Below are positions 1 to 13,326 of a stretch of DNA of 64,000 bases, one piece after another. A program made the position numbers and the translations under genes. The first letter of the stretch is position 1, and each line of letters starts with the position of its first letter. The DNA lies in NCBI GenBank assembly GCA_964247055.1, contig OZ176052.1, positions 5,518,001-5,582,000 on the forward strand, read 5' to 3'. The DNA is from Paragordius varius (lineage: Eukaryota; Animalia; Nematomorpha). Below the pieces are notes generated by a model. The model saw only the letters and a list, made by a program, of their open reading frames with translations, had not been told where the DNA came from and searched no databases.

Positions 1-143
1 TGGTTGGGGAAATTTTAATTTTGTTATGATATTGTGAGTATGTTTTTGTAAATTATGAATTTTCAATTCTGTCCCAGGCTGCATATTTAACACCCCTGCT
101 TAAATTAAAAAATGTATGCAAAATTAATCGTTTGATTTTTTAG

Positions 144-1773
144 TGATGAAACAGATCATATCGATGAGGAAGACGATGACGTTGAAGATACGAATGGGGC
201 CTCAGATCAAAATAATTATCAACACAATAATCAAGGAGAAATATTGACTGGTATAAATTTAAATTTTATTTCAATATCCATGTAAATACTTTTATAGAGT
301 CGCGTATTAAATTGATACCTGTATAAAATTTAAGATGGATAGTTATAAATGTTATGAGAAATTGTTGGGTTATTTTTTATATTAATTGAAAAAGAGTAAT
401 GTTGAGCCAATACTTAAGCATAATTAACTTGAATTTTTAGCTTTGCGATAAATATTTAACAGAATATTTGTTTTACATTCATTGCATCTAGATTTAATCA
501 TATTTTATATATTTTAGATAACACAGAACAGCCAGATATATTGCCATACGATGAGCCGACAAAACACTTGATATCGGGTAAACTTTTAAATTTTTTATTG
601 AATTTTACAGAGGCCAACAAAATTCGCCAAAATTACGAGGATATTCGACAGAAACAAACCAATTTAGATAATGAATACAAGTATTAAAGTTTTTTGCAAA
701 AAACAAAACATATATTTTAATGTGCGATATTTATCAATAGAAATGTTCGCAATTTCTTGGAAAGTGATATGGGTCCTCACTTGGAATTCTTGCATTTACG
801 AGACCATTGCTATGAGTATAGGGATGAAAGGGGAGAGTATGTTTATAAACTTTGCCCGTTTAAAGATGCCATTCAAGAATCTATTAGTTCACATTCGCAA
901 ACTAATATGGGGTAAGTTTTAGTTTTCTGTAATAATATTAATTTTCTTTCTAAATACATGACAATATGCATCTTAATGGTTGCCAACACTGTAGTTATGA
1001 AAAAAACAACAAAATGTTGAATAAACAATTATTTCCTTTCTTTTTTCCATGCACTCCTATATTGCAAATTGCCCTACTATAGTGTGAAATAAGCGATTAA
1101 GATCATATTTTATATTTTTTATGAACTTTTGAAAATAATTACAAAACATATATTAGTGATTTACTTTAATATATATCTCTATTTTATTTTATAAAGTCGA
1201 TGGCAAGGATTTCTCCCCAATGAACATGATCCAAATGACAAATATGCTTACATGAAATTCACAAATGGTCAACAATGCTGGAATGGACCTCAACGTTCAA
1301 CTAAAGTAACATTATTTTATTTGATTAGATTTTATGAATTTTTAATCAAAGCCACCATTTTTCATTCAGAATAAATTAAAACTCACTTATTTATAACTCA
1401 TAATTGTTTGAAAGTAAAAAAATTTGGTTGAAATATGATTTTTTAAAAAAAGATTGCATTTGAATAAAAAGGTGTTTAATTGAAAATTATTTTAGCAACA
1501 TTGCAATTTTAAAACATATTTCCCATTACTACCAATGTAATAATATATAAGGGTATACATTAATTTTAAACAATTATATATTGATTTCTACCTTTAAAAA
1601 ATATTAATACATAGGTTAAAATGATATGTGGGGTAGAGGATATGGTTATAAGCGTATCTGAACCCTCAAGATGTGAATATTATATGGAATTTCTGACACC
1701 GGCTAAATGTATCCCAATCGAACAAAGGAAAGATCTTCACCCCTACATAAATCATTTCAGGGATGAATTATAA
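144..1773 (+). CDS. PRKCSH: Glucosidase II beta subunit, 3' part (multi-exon; 5' end outside window)
   Basis: Spliced exons read: acidic tract DEEDDDVED; ...CYEYRDEREYVYKLCPF...; KYAYMKFTNGQQCWNGPQRSTK; VKMICGVEDMVISVSEPSRCEYYMEFLTPAKC...HFRDEL* (MRH domain plus RDEL ER-retrieval signal). Stop at 1771-1773. The track ORF 671..922 is the wrong frame. Confidence 0.95.
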
Positions 1774-2061
1774 GACGCTATGAAAAACATTTTTATGTCT
1801 CGCTTATGTCAACACACAAGCTGACAATAATATAATATTGATTGACACCTATTATAAAGACCTACCTATCTATCTATACCTGTGATTAAAGTTTGCTGCA
1901 TGATTCATTATTTTATGCATAGACAGTATAAGTGTATAATGTATACTTTATTGGACCAAATATAAATAATCTGTATACATTATATGTATGGTATTATTAT
2001 AATAAATGCATTAAAAATGTAACCTTATAATAATATTTAAACATAAATCGGTTACATAACA

Positions 2062-4515
2062 TTACGAACTTGTGGCTGATATCGATTTTAATTCAATCTC
2101 CTCGTTTTCTTCTGCTACTGCGTATAAAATGCTTGTTCTTTTAACGAATTCTTTTCCGTCCCTCAGGCTTTTATCCATAATCATCGTTAAATCATTATTC
2201 TCATTATTATCGACCAAATATTCGTTTTCAGAAATGGAAGAGGAATTTAAGCTATCTGATGAATTATCATTGCCTTTGCCATTGTTTAAGTTTTTTTCGG
2301 TATTATTTGTTACAGGAGACTTATTGGTGTGACTCTTGTTTTGGGAAGTTTCACTATCGCTCAATGACAGGGAAGAATCTGTTGAAGATCCATCTTCCAA
2401 ACGTGTTAATTTTTTATTGATTGATTCAATAATGCTTTGTATGTGATTTGGATAACTTTTAATTTTTTCCTCAGTCATCTCAACATCTTTTTTCGATTCT
2501 TTGGCCATTAAATTATTCTTCTGATTTTGATTTATACCATCGTCTGATTCTGTGTCAGATTTGGAATGTTTTGTTATTTGATTGGAGATTGGTTGTTTGG
2601 GAGACGCCATATTTTGCTCAATAAACTTATTATCAACACTTTGTTTTTTAAGTAATAGCAAACGTGTCTTTTTCATTCCATCCACGTCTGTGGATTTTTT
2701 GCTATCAGTTGATTTGGATGAAATGGAATTATCTGTAAATAGAATCAATTTAATTAAAATATCAATCAATTTTTTGTTGATTTTTATTAAGGTTTTTATT
2801 AAAATGGTTAGTACTGCTGTATATTTCATCTAAAACTATACCTAGTATAAAATCTATTATTGAAAATATTTTATCTCGGTTTTTTGGTGATCTTCTTATT
2901 TACTAAGATTCTCTATCAAATTTATAATTTTTTTAATGTTCTATAATTTTTTCGTTTATTAATAAAATATGATGCCTTTAATATTAGATATAAATTGGAG
3001 GTTGATTTAACTTTACCCTATTTTGCGATTATTCTAACAAAATTTAAATTTTTATATAAAAAATTTATTCACCTGCTTTTTGACGATTCGGTGATCCTTT
3101 TGTGCTGGATATTTTACTTCTGGTGTTACTGTGATTGTTAGATTTTGAGGAGGAATTACTTTTCGATTCTGCGTTTGAATTTACAGCCAATTTTTTATTT
3201 GAATTATCTTTCTTTGAATCTAACGGTAAAGAAGGGATATTTTTATCTGTTGAAGAACTGGACGATTCGGAAGAACTGGCAGACGATGTTTTAACTTTTT
3301 GCCTTTTTAAATCATCCAAAGTTTCAAGACTTAGATCATTATTTTTTGGAATTGATTTTTCGGTTACCAATCTATTTAATTCTTTCGACCTGTTTTGTTT
3401 ATCTATTTCTTGTTTGGAATCAAAATGTATATCATTGGTCATTTCGACATTATTTTTAATTTTAGAAGATAAAGAATTTACGATACTTTGATTATCATCT
3501 TTGGCTAAAATTTCAGATTGATATATTGAAGGACCATTCATCATTCCATTAACAGTAACAAGATACGATGGCGATTTGGTTTGCGCTGAAATGCTTGAAA
3601 TGGATTTGTTTTCATTAATTTTATTTTTATTAGTTCCTGTATGATCCAATAATGGTGTTTTTTCTCGTTTTACATCCATTTGATATTCAGTATTTGTATT
3701 GTTATGTTTGATATCATTATTTTGTTGATCACTATACGAAGTATTATATACCTTGGCACTTGTTGTAGTAACAGGGTTTTTAATTAATTGTGTCTTTGTT
3801 GTTAATATCGGTGTTCTGTCATTAAATAATATATGTTTATTAAAAGTGTGGTAATCATCCTTTTTTACTATGTGGTGAAGGGTGTTAAGCTTTTGTTTAG
3901 CCTCAGTATTTAGTGTTTTAAAATACATTTTACATTTTTCATTTTCTTTTGCCGATGAAGCAAAATCTAATTTTTGGGTAAAATATTGGTTACATGGACA
4001 CACATAGTTGTAGGATTTCGTATATTTTTTGATAATGACATTCTTTTTCTGAGGCTTATTATTGTTTGTAGAAGTTTTACCCTTAAAAGTATAATCATTC
4101 GTTTGAAGACCAATGCTTTTGGATTGTTTTCTAAAGGTAGTAAGTATAATTGTAAAAATTACAAATGTTTATAATAATATTTGAGCTAATATGATAATAA
4201 TACTTTGGATAATTAATTTCGCCTTTATGTAAGTCCCATTTATATTTTGTTGGTATCTAACATATAGTTATATTTATTAATTTTTACTTGTGGTTCAAAT
4301 ATTTTGTTTGTGGCCGATGCACTTTTATTTGGATGTAACATTTTTTCCAATTCATAAATTTTTCCTAGATATGTGGCGTATGTGGCATCCAGGTATTCAG
4401 AATATCTAATATTTTGATCCAGCGAAAGGCAAAACATGCGCCCAAATGATTTAAGTTTGTTTTCAAAGCTTGACACTTTTCTATATATAATATAAATAAT
4501 TATGTAAAATTGCAA
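2062..4515 (-). CDS. Unassigned multi-exon gene encoding a low-complexity S/N/K/D-rich protein; 5' end unresolved
   Basis: Long open frames at 2062..~2737 and 3065..~3970 plus an exon-like block at 4240..4515 (SFGRMFCLSLDQNIRYSEYLDATYATYLGKIYELEKM), with AG/GT boundaries. No family motif recognised. Confidence 0.6.
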
Positions 4516-5109
4516 ATTATTATAATATCTAGTTTATTTAAATTATATAAAACCGTTTAATGAAATATTTTTTACTCGACACAAGGATTCGGAATTCGTT
4601 CAAGTAGGGTAGGCATCCAAAGTTTATAAATATATATATAATAATAATGTATTTTTCTATAAAACCAAATTTATAGTATATCGATTTTATGCACACTTAT
4701 AGTCGCATTGTGTTTCTTCCAGGTAATTTACCTTTATTATTTGTTATATTATTCTATCCATTTATTTTATTGATTTTTAGGGACCAATTGTAAAAGGTTT
4801 ATATTATAAAACTAAATTTGTCGATATATTTATAATTATTTCTATAAAAATCAAATTTTTTAATCTTATTTAATAGTTTAGCTAAATAATCTAAACCCAA
4901 AATGATCTCAAGATTTTTGTGTTTGAATCAGCACACTTTAAATATAAAACTATTTTTAACATTCTAGAATAATACAAAGTTCAAAAATACACATGTGATT
5001 TTTAGTATATTTATATAAACAACTATAAATTAATTTATGTAAAACTTAAAATATGTTTTTATATTTTGTCATTAAAATAACTCAGGAAAGAAAACTGTAG
5101 TAAGGTCCG

Positions 5110-8100
5110 ATGTATCATAAGAAATATTCTAAATGGCCCCCTAAATTGTTTAAAAAATGGATCTCAATAACAATTATATGTGTTATTAAAATTTTACCCT
5201 TATATTCCTCAAATCAACAAATATACGTACTAAATACTAGCCCAGGTTTATATTTTTAATTTTTAACTTAATATTCAAATTCGATTAACATTTTACAGTA
5301 TGAGTAAGTAAATATACATTGCTAGAAAGTTATTAATTATTGCCACATAGTAAATAAAAGAGCAGTATTATTGGCTTATAATAATTTCTTTTTTTACTAT
5401 TACTACCTAATAATACTCACCTTTGTTGTTACTATATGGCAATAATTAATAACTTACTAGCAATGTATACTTATACTGTATCATATTTGAAAAAATTATT
5501 AACCTGCTAGAGCATCTTGATAAAAAACAATACAAATAACCTTGCAAAGTTGTTGACATTAAAAATATACATTTTGTACCCCTTGGGTTGATTTTAAATA
5601 CTCATTTGAGAAGTTTTGCCGCCAAATTTTTCAGTGTTTTTTAGTTATGATAAAATAGTATCATGGTCAAGATAAAAGTTCGATAAATATCCTTTAATTT
5701 TAATAATAATTTGTGCTTTTAATCTTTTTCCTTAAATATGAATTGATTATTTCTATATACATGAATAATCTCTATAAAAATTATTTTTTTCATAAATTCA
5801 CATCATACAAATTTGATAGATGTTAATGGGTCAACAAAATTTGAAACGGCTTGCGGTAAAAACATCAGTTCAGACGGATCTGTCCTGCTGTCTCACGATT
5901 TCGAACATCTCTATTATGCTAAAACAGGACTGGCATGTAAAGTTACAATAATGGCACCCGAAGGTTAATTATAACTTTATATTCAGCTGTTAGAGTGGAT
6001 GGGAAGTCTGATGCGTCCACTATTTGTGTGATTATGCCAGTGTTTAAATTTCGTGCGAAACTGAACACATTTTCTTTCACTGTTAGCCCTGGCTAGATAG
6101 CTATAATACAATTCAAAATCTTACCTTTGACAAAAACGCAAATCGACTCTATACTGTATATCTTTTATTTCGCCTTTAAATAATATAATGCTATATTTGA
6201 CGTAGATCAACAAATATTGCTTGTGTTTGACAAAAATTTTGACGTGGATGGTGGAAAAAAGGGGTGCAAAGATAAAATTGAGGCATATGATGGCAGTCTA
6301 ACTTCTAATTTTACGCCTTTAATCGGCTCATATTGTGGTAAAATTTTATTGGTTATTTAACATTAAATTTTGAAATGCTTGAGGATATAATTTTAATCGT
6401 ATATATTATAGTAAAATTATTTTTATTTTAGGTAAAAAGAGCCCGGGAAATATAGAATCATCGGGTAATATAATAACACTGGTATGGAATACAACAAATG
6501 GAATTGGTAATTTTATGGGGTTCACCATATACTTGGTTTTTTACCGACCTCACAAATGTTATACGCTCCCAAATAATTTTGAATGTTCCCAAAATTTAAG
6601 GTTAATCATAGTTTACGTACTCAAACTTAATTGTCATTTTAAACATCGATGATTAAAACATATTGAACAACCAATGAGTTATCTAGGCTTTTAGAAATTT
6701 TGGATTTTACACATTTAAATTACGCAAATTAGCTGTAATGTTTTTATTATTATTATTTTACAGAAATTAGAAAGATTAAGTGAATTTAATGATACCAAAT
6801 TATCACAATAATTTAATGTATATTCAATTTTCAGATTTCTTTTTTTTCGGATAAAATAACCAACTTGATTTAAAATAATTAAACCAAAAGGTCATTACTT
6901 ATTAAATTTAAAAATGAATAGTATAATAATTAATAATGTTTACTCAAAATTACTCTTTTACCATATCTTTAGATGTTTAAGTGACATACATCGTTGCGAC
7001 AATATTTTATCATGTGGGGTAAATGACACAAGTGACGAAGATAATTGTACCACAAAATCATCAATATTGACTAAAACATGGAGCTTAACGATACAGAAGG
7101 CAATGGCTCAAATTTTGTTGAATCCCTTCATTATAATTGAATGGACGCTATATGTTTTTATCTTTTTCGTTATAATGGTACTTTTGCTATGTTGCATGAT
7201 GTCACTGTGTGCTGCATTTTGCTGTTGTTTGGGTTTTCAGGTAAAAATTAGCTCTTTTGTATATCTGACTAACTAATTATTGGGATCATTTATTTATTTT
7301 TATCTCTATACAGTTTTATGGCCCAGATTATTCCTACAATGGTAATCGTTTGTCCATATGGGACAAAAGTGTTCCCCCGCCATGCGAATATGAAAGTAAA
7401 AATGAAAAGAGAGCCTCTATAGTTACAATTGCACCGCGTAAAATGAGTAATGCCTCATACAGGTATGAAGGCAACAGTAAGGATCCAAGACAGGGAAAAA
7501 GATTCTCCCTTTCTCAAATAGGCGGAGGTCCTATAAAATGTGCATGGACATATCAACAAGCCAACAAGATTCCTACACTGCTTAGCTCAAACCTCATGGC
7601 TGAAGTTGGTGAACACAATCAGAGCTTTCAACCAACGAGGAGAATTACAGATCCTACCAATAACACAGCAAATGCCAATGATGCAAACGATATGAGCCTG
7701 ATTGATAAACGTGGATCATTTTCAATTTGTTTGCGGAGGGACACAGCGCCCGCAATTTTACCGCCCGGCAATATAGTTCAGGTTTTATGAATGTGTGTAT
7801 TTTTCAGCGACGCAAACAATTATAAAGATGCCTTATTTTAACCCTATACCATAAAATGCATTATTAATGCAATGCAAATCCTTACATAATTTTGAGAATC
7901 CAAATAATTTTGTATATCCATAAATATTTATACTAATGCTTTGAAATATTATTATTAATCATATATGTAATAATACTGCGTCCAAAATCGGGGGTATAAA
8001 ATATAAACTGTTGAAATATAAATATTAGGAAAAAATATCAAGATTATCATAGTGCTTTGGTTTTGGCCCTTAGTTATGATTATTACACTTTTGTTGTAAG

Positions 8101-9729
8101 TGCTCCATTCAGAAAATGGCAAAATTTGATTCCATTTTTTGTGATAACTTTTTTTGGTGAAAGATGCTTAATTTCAAAAAATTATTAAAATATATCCTAA
8201 TCCAACTATAAAAAACAAACTTTTTAATTTTAATTTTTTGACGTAGGCTCGGAAATTCCCAAATTTTTTCGCTCTTCTAAAATGGGCTAGTCTTTTAAAA
8301 TAAAAGCAAAAATTCCGGAATAGCGTAATAAAAATTTTAAATATATACTTTGACATTAAAAAAAATATTTTGAAAAAATGCATACTTTTTACAAAAATTG
8401 AATTAAATTTTGTTGAAGCGTCTTTCATGCTATTTTGGGGCATCATGAAAACGGTATAAAGTTTTATATAATTATGTTATGATGAACATTTCATTTCTTA
8501 TCGCACCAGATTTTTAATTTAAAGGTGTGTTAAGTTAGATTGGTAAATTAAAAAAACAAATTATATTTGACATAAATTAAATAAACGAATATTTCATCGA
8601 AATTCTGAATTGATAGAAATGTTCTTATAAATTTATAATATTTTAATGCGTTTTTATACCGTTTACATCATGCCGCAAACTAGTATGAAGTACACTTCAA
8701 TAAAAATTTTGAAAAAATTAAATTTTTAAAAAAATATGCATTTTCAAAAAAAATATTTTTAGTTGATATCAAAATTTAGCATATATTTTAAATTTTGATC
8801 GTGCAGCGGCATTTTACCGTTTATTTTAAGAAAACCAGCCCATTGAAGATAATTGCCCACATCTAAATATAAATTTTTTTAAAAATATTATTTTGCTTTT
8901 TATAGGTAGCTTATGATATTTAGTGATATTTTTTAGAATAAAGCATTTAGCTTTCACCAAAAAAAATTTATTTTAAAAAATGTGCGCAAATTTTGCCATT
9001 TTCTGATATGGAGCACTTCTTACAACAAATTAATAACTTTCTTATATGACTCTTAAGGGCCAGTAACAAAAGCACCATTATAATACTGATACATTTTTCT
9101 ATCAGATTATGTATATTTCAACAGTATATATTTGTGGACACGGTGAAATTTAAAATCTAAAGGTTCTGTAAATTTAATGGTCATAATTTATTATCTACCA
9201 TATTGACTACATTTTATATAATTAAATATTTCTACATATAAAAATAAATTTTTACATCTAAAATAATGAAATAATAAAATTTTATTTATATTTTTGTTTG
9301 TGATTTTTTGGTTAGAATCCAATTACTCTTATTACGCCACCGTCATCACCTTCGTGCAAAGGATCCTTCCATGGAAAATGCCAGAATATGAGTGATGTGC
9401 ACTTGATACCACCAGAAATAACAAAATCCTATCATGATTTGTTGGAAAAAGTAAAGACAGAAGACAAAACCCTATCTCACAAACCAACCCATAATAAAAC
9501 AAATGATGATTTACAAAACATCAATAAAAACACGTATGCCAATTCAAACACAAGTTCTCCAATGAGTAATAATGAGAAACAACATGGGGAGTCTAATGAT
9601 AGCTCTGCTAACCCTATAAGACGTAGTTTAGATAGTAGTCTCTTCGGATCACCCAAATCGATTCCCAGTCATTTTAGGAAATTTTCCATGCCCCCTATGC
9701 ATATTTTTAGGGGCCCAGACAAAAAATGA
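5110..9729 (+). CDS. Single-pass membrane protein: signal peptide, CUB, LDL-receptor class A repeat, TM, long Ser/Pro-rich cytoplasmic tail (Neto/LRP-like)
   Basis: Phase-consistent exons 5110-5245, 5821-5963, 6206-6337, 6432-6600, 6973-7240, 7314-7781, 9316-9729. CUB: ACG...LACKVTIMAP...GCKDKIEAYDG...IGSYCGKKSPGNIESSGN. LDLa: CYTLPNNFECSQNLRCLSDIHRCDNILSCGVNDTSDEDNC. TM: WTLYVFIFFVIMVLLLCCMM. Confidence 0.85.
5296..5478. mobile_element. TA-flanked hairpin MITE (Tc1/mariner-type ends)
   Basis: TA|CAGTATGAGTAAG...CTTATACTG|TA with long complementary arms. A related partial copy lies at ~12600-12745. Confidence 0.7.
7974..9145. mobile_element. ~1.2 kb foldback element in the last intron of the CUB-LDLa gene
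   Basis: Arms ~7974-8500 and ~8640-9145 are reverse complements (e.g. gtgctccattcagaaaatggcaaaatttg / caaattttgccattttctgatatggagcac). Ends tactgcgtcc / ggacacggtg. A related copy starts at 45663. Confidence 0.8.
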
Positions 9730-11355
9730 GCTTAAAAAATGTCTGTCTATGTGATTAATATAGATTATTGTTTAGATATAATGGTTTTTTGGTATTTATG
9801 ATAATAATGATGTATGTTTGCTAAATAAGTATTAATGAATTTGTGTGTACAAATAAATTATGCGTTAATTAATACATAACAAAATGTTCAATTGGAATAA
9901 ATTTCAAGATCTCAGGTGTATTTTACAGCGGTAACACTGTAAGCAGGCTCTAAAACATAATCAAAATAAAAATGGAAATACTAAACGCCTCTCTTTAATA
10001 AAATGAATATTTTAGCGAAAGCACATTTTATGAATAAAATAAGTAAATGGGTTTTGATTACACATAATATGAATGAAAATGTGTTATATATTTATGAACG
10101 ACCAGAGGGTAAAAGGTATCTATGATTTATCTTTAGTTTGTAATCTAATTTCGCAATTAATCTTATTTCATGAAAAGTAATTCGTTTTTTGTTATTTTAT
10201 AAGCCTTGCTCAACTAACGTTGTAATGATGCCAAAAATACAGTATTGTTCAATTCATAACACAGTAACGGATATAAAACAAATTTTTGTCCATAATTATA
10301 AAAAATTTTATGTTGTAAGATAGGAAAAAAGCGTAATATCAACCATTTATTGTTCTTTACCCATAAGCTAATCTATTGTTAATTGTAAATAATGTTTTGA
10401 CAAACATTAATGTGCTTAATATCTATAATTTTAAATGTGAACTAAATATAAGTCATAAGGATAAATTTACAAGGCAAAACTTATGTCACGGTCAATAATT
10501 AATTCCTTGCCATAAAGTTTGCGCCTTTTGACTAATGCCGAAAATTTAATTGTTAAAAATCGATAATAATCAATTGGATAATTATTTTTAATTAAATATA
10601 TATTTTTATATTAATTCAATATCGTAGCAATTTTTAAAGATTTACCATTTAAATGACACTATGTGACAAAATTTGTAATCAAAATTATGAAAAAAAGACA
10701 AATAAAATCAATTCGGATGCTTTTTTACCCCAAAAATGTTTATAAAATTTGGTTAAGAAATTTTTATGTCACAGTTTAATGAATTCAGCGTATATATTTT
10801 TTAATTTTTAATTTAATATTACTTAAAGCATAATCGTCAAATTATAATATAAAGCAAGTATAATAAAATCCAGATTAGTCGTCAGATAGGATTATCCGAT
10901 AATTACTTGGTTGGAATTTGAGTATTCTTTTGTTCTCATAGGCGTAGGCATTTTTTATATCATTCCACGGATTTAATTTTAAACTATTTTCGCAGACATA
11001 TAATAATCTAAATTTAATTTTAATGTTAACAGTTTTTTTTTCATTTTATGTATTTTTTTTCAATGTGAATTATATTTCATTGTGTTCAACTATTTTTACT
11101 TTGTATGAACTTGTATAACATTTTATGACATTATGTACTTTCCTTATTTTGTGTAATATAATTTTTTTAAAATGAAAATATGATAATTTTTTTTCTGTTT
11201 ACTGTTTGATTTCATGCAACGAATTAAGGAAAGATAAGCGACAATAATGTTGGACACGCATACATAGTTATTATTAACCAAAAAATTAAACGAAAATAGC
11301 CAACAAAGTTTGTGTTGTCCGCGCTATTATACTTATAAATTCAATAAAATAAATT

Positions 11356-13288
11356 ATGATGGACAATAAAACTTTGAAAAACTTTACCCTTATTTCCGTA
11401 ATTTGTTTGGGTTTATCTTTTCAACTTAATATCATACCCCTGATCAGTAATAACAGGAGTGGAGACGGGTATCACTTTTGCCCTAATTCCACCCCAAAAA
11501 TACCTGCTAATACAACTTTAAGAGCTAGAATAGATATTTTAATTCAAGATATGGTATATGGATTAAATAACAACAATAATAATTTCTTTGCAGTATTCCA
11601 TAGCTCAAATATTTCGAGCGATCCCAACTTCTATTGTAACAAATTTGGGATCATCCAACAAGTTATATTATGTATGATTAAATTTGAAATTTTAGCAAAT
11701 CTCTTTGTTGATTTAACCTCTATTTTTAAATTAAATTTGTTTTTTGAAGAATTATTAGAAAAATATGTTTTAAATTTAGACAAATGTACCCTATCAAATA
11801 TAGCCTTGCATTAAAAATAATCCTTAAAATCTTATTTTATTACTCATTTTCAAGGCTTGTATTATATTGAGTGTCTAGTTCACACTTTATCGCTCTGTAG
11901 CAATAAAAATGTAAATTTTGTGTATATATATAGTGGAATTTGGTTAATGAAAAGGCTTTTATGGTGCCGTTATCATCAACAGTTTATTTGCTTGGAGTCT
12001 TCTTTGGATGTATATGCTGTTCATTGCTATCCGACAAATTTGGTCGGAAATATGTACTAGGTCGTAACTATGTAATTCTTACGCTTTTTTCCATCATACC
12101 AGCTTTGGTAACAGTCAACTATGCATCTTACATGTTAATACGTGTAGTTCAAGGATTCTCTTATGGAGTTATTTTTACTATTTGCATAATTTTATTCGCA
12201 TTCCAACGCAAATTTTGTTACTTACATGCTCTGTTACAATAACCTAATCAATCATCATTCTAATATAGAAAAAAAAATTATCAGAAAATTAAATTTTTGG
12301 CAATACATGTTTTAATATATTTTTAACAAAACTTGACTTAATTTGATGTTATACAGTAACGAGAGCTATTATAGGGCATATGGGGGGGGGGGGGGGTGGG
12401 GTGATATTTAAAAAGCTAAAAAGGTATTAATTTACATGTCTGTTTCAAATTGTAAGATTTTTCATTATAACAGTTATTTATTTTATTGAACACTGTATTT
12501 TTTCTCCACAATTTGCAAAATAAATATAACTAATAAAAAAAATATTATACTTCCTTTTAGCCATTTACATTATGCGCAAGGATATATCGTTACAAGGTTA
12601 TTAATTATTGCCAAATAGCTTATACAACAAAGGGCAGTATTATTGGCTTATAGTTATTTTTTTATTATTATTAGCCAATAATAATTCTCTTTGCTACATG
12701 TGCTATTTAGCAGTAAACTTTCAATATATACTTACTCATACTGTGACCTATAACAATAATAACTCTCGTTACTATATAAGTTAATTAATATGTATTTTAG
12801 GGAATATCAATCTGCTCAGTTGTTTTATTGTCTGAAACGTTGCCGCCCGCATTCCGACATTACTATCTTTTGTTTCCCATTCTGTTTTATAGCATAAGTT
12901 GCTTTATTTTGGCTTGGTTAGCATATCAGCACAGACATTGGCAAAACCTACAATTATTGACAGGATTAATCTTAATGGCTTGTCTAGTCCCTTTGAAGTA
13001 ATTAAATTTTTTAAACTTCAAAACAAAATGGTTTTTTGATTAATTTGTTAACTATTTATTATTGAATTATTATGACCTTGTCGTGCGAATCATCAATATT
13101 ATCATAACATTGTTTCATAATACATATATGTAAAAAGGAGCCTCCGAGATAAACAATTTTTTGCAATTTATTTTTTTTAAATATTTTTTGTTAACTAACA
13201 ATCCAATCCTAACATTATTTACAATCAAATGAAATATATTTTTTGATTTCATTCAATTAATTTTGATAAAAAATTTTGCTAAAAATTG

Positions 13289-13326
<38 letters not shown>

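Noticed and set aside
2072-3491. Antisense ORFs 2072, 2582 and 3135 (also 29478, 34628, 34675, 34847, 35125, 51597, 54704, 62134)
   Set aside because: Shadows of real coding exons on the opposite strand.
8174-8446. Track ORFs inside repeats (also 17063, 19367, 22856, 23153, 31445, 32205, 32394, 32604, 59426)
   Set aside because: They lie in foldbacks, MITEs or introns and are F/I/K/L-rich translations of AT-rich DNA.
11911-11933. 23-nt intron in SLC22
   Set aside because: The phase of the upstream exon is not supported by family motifs.
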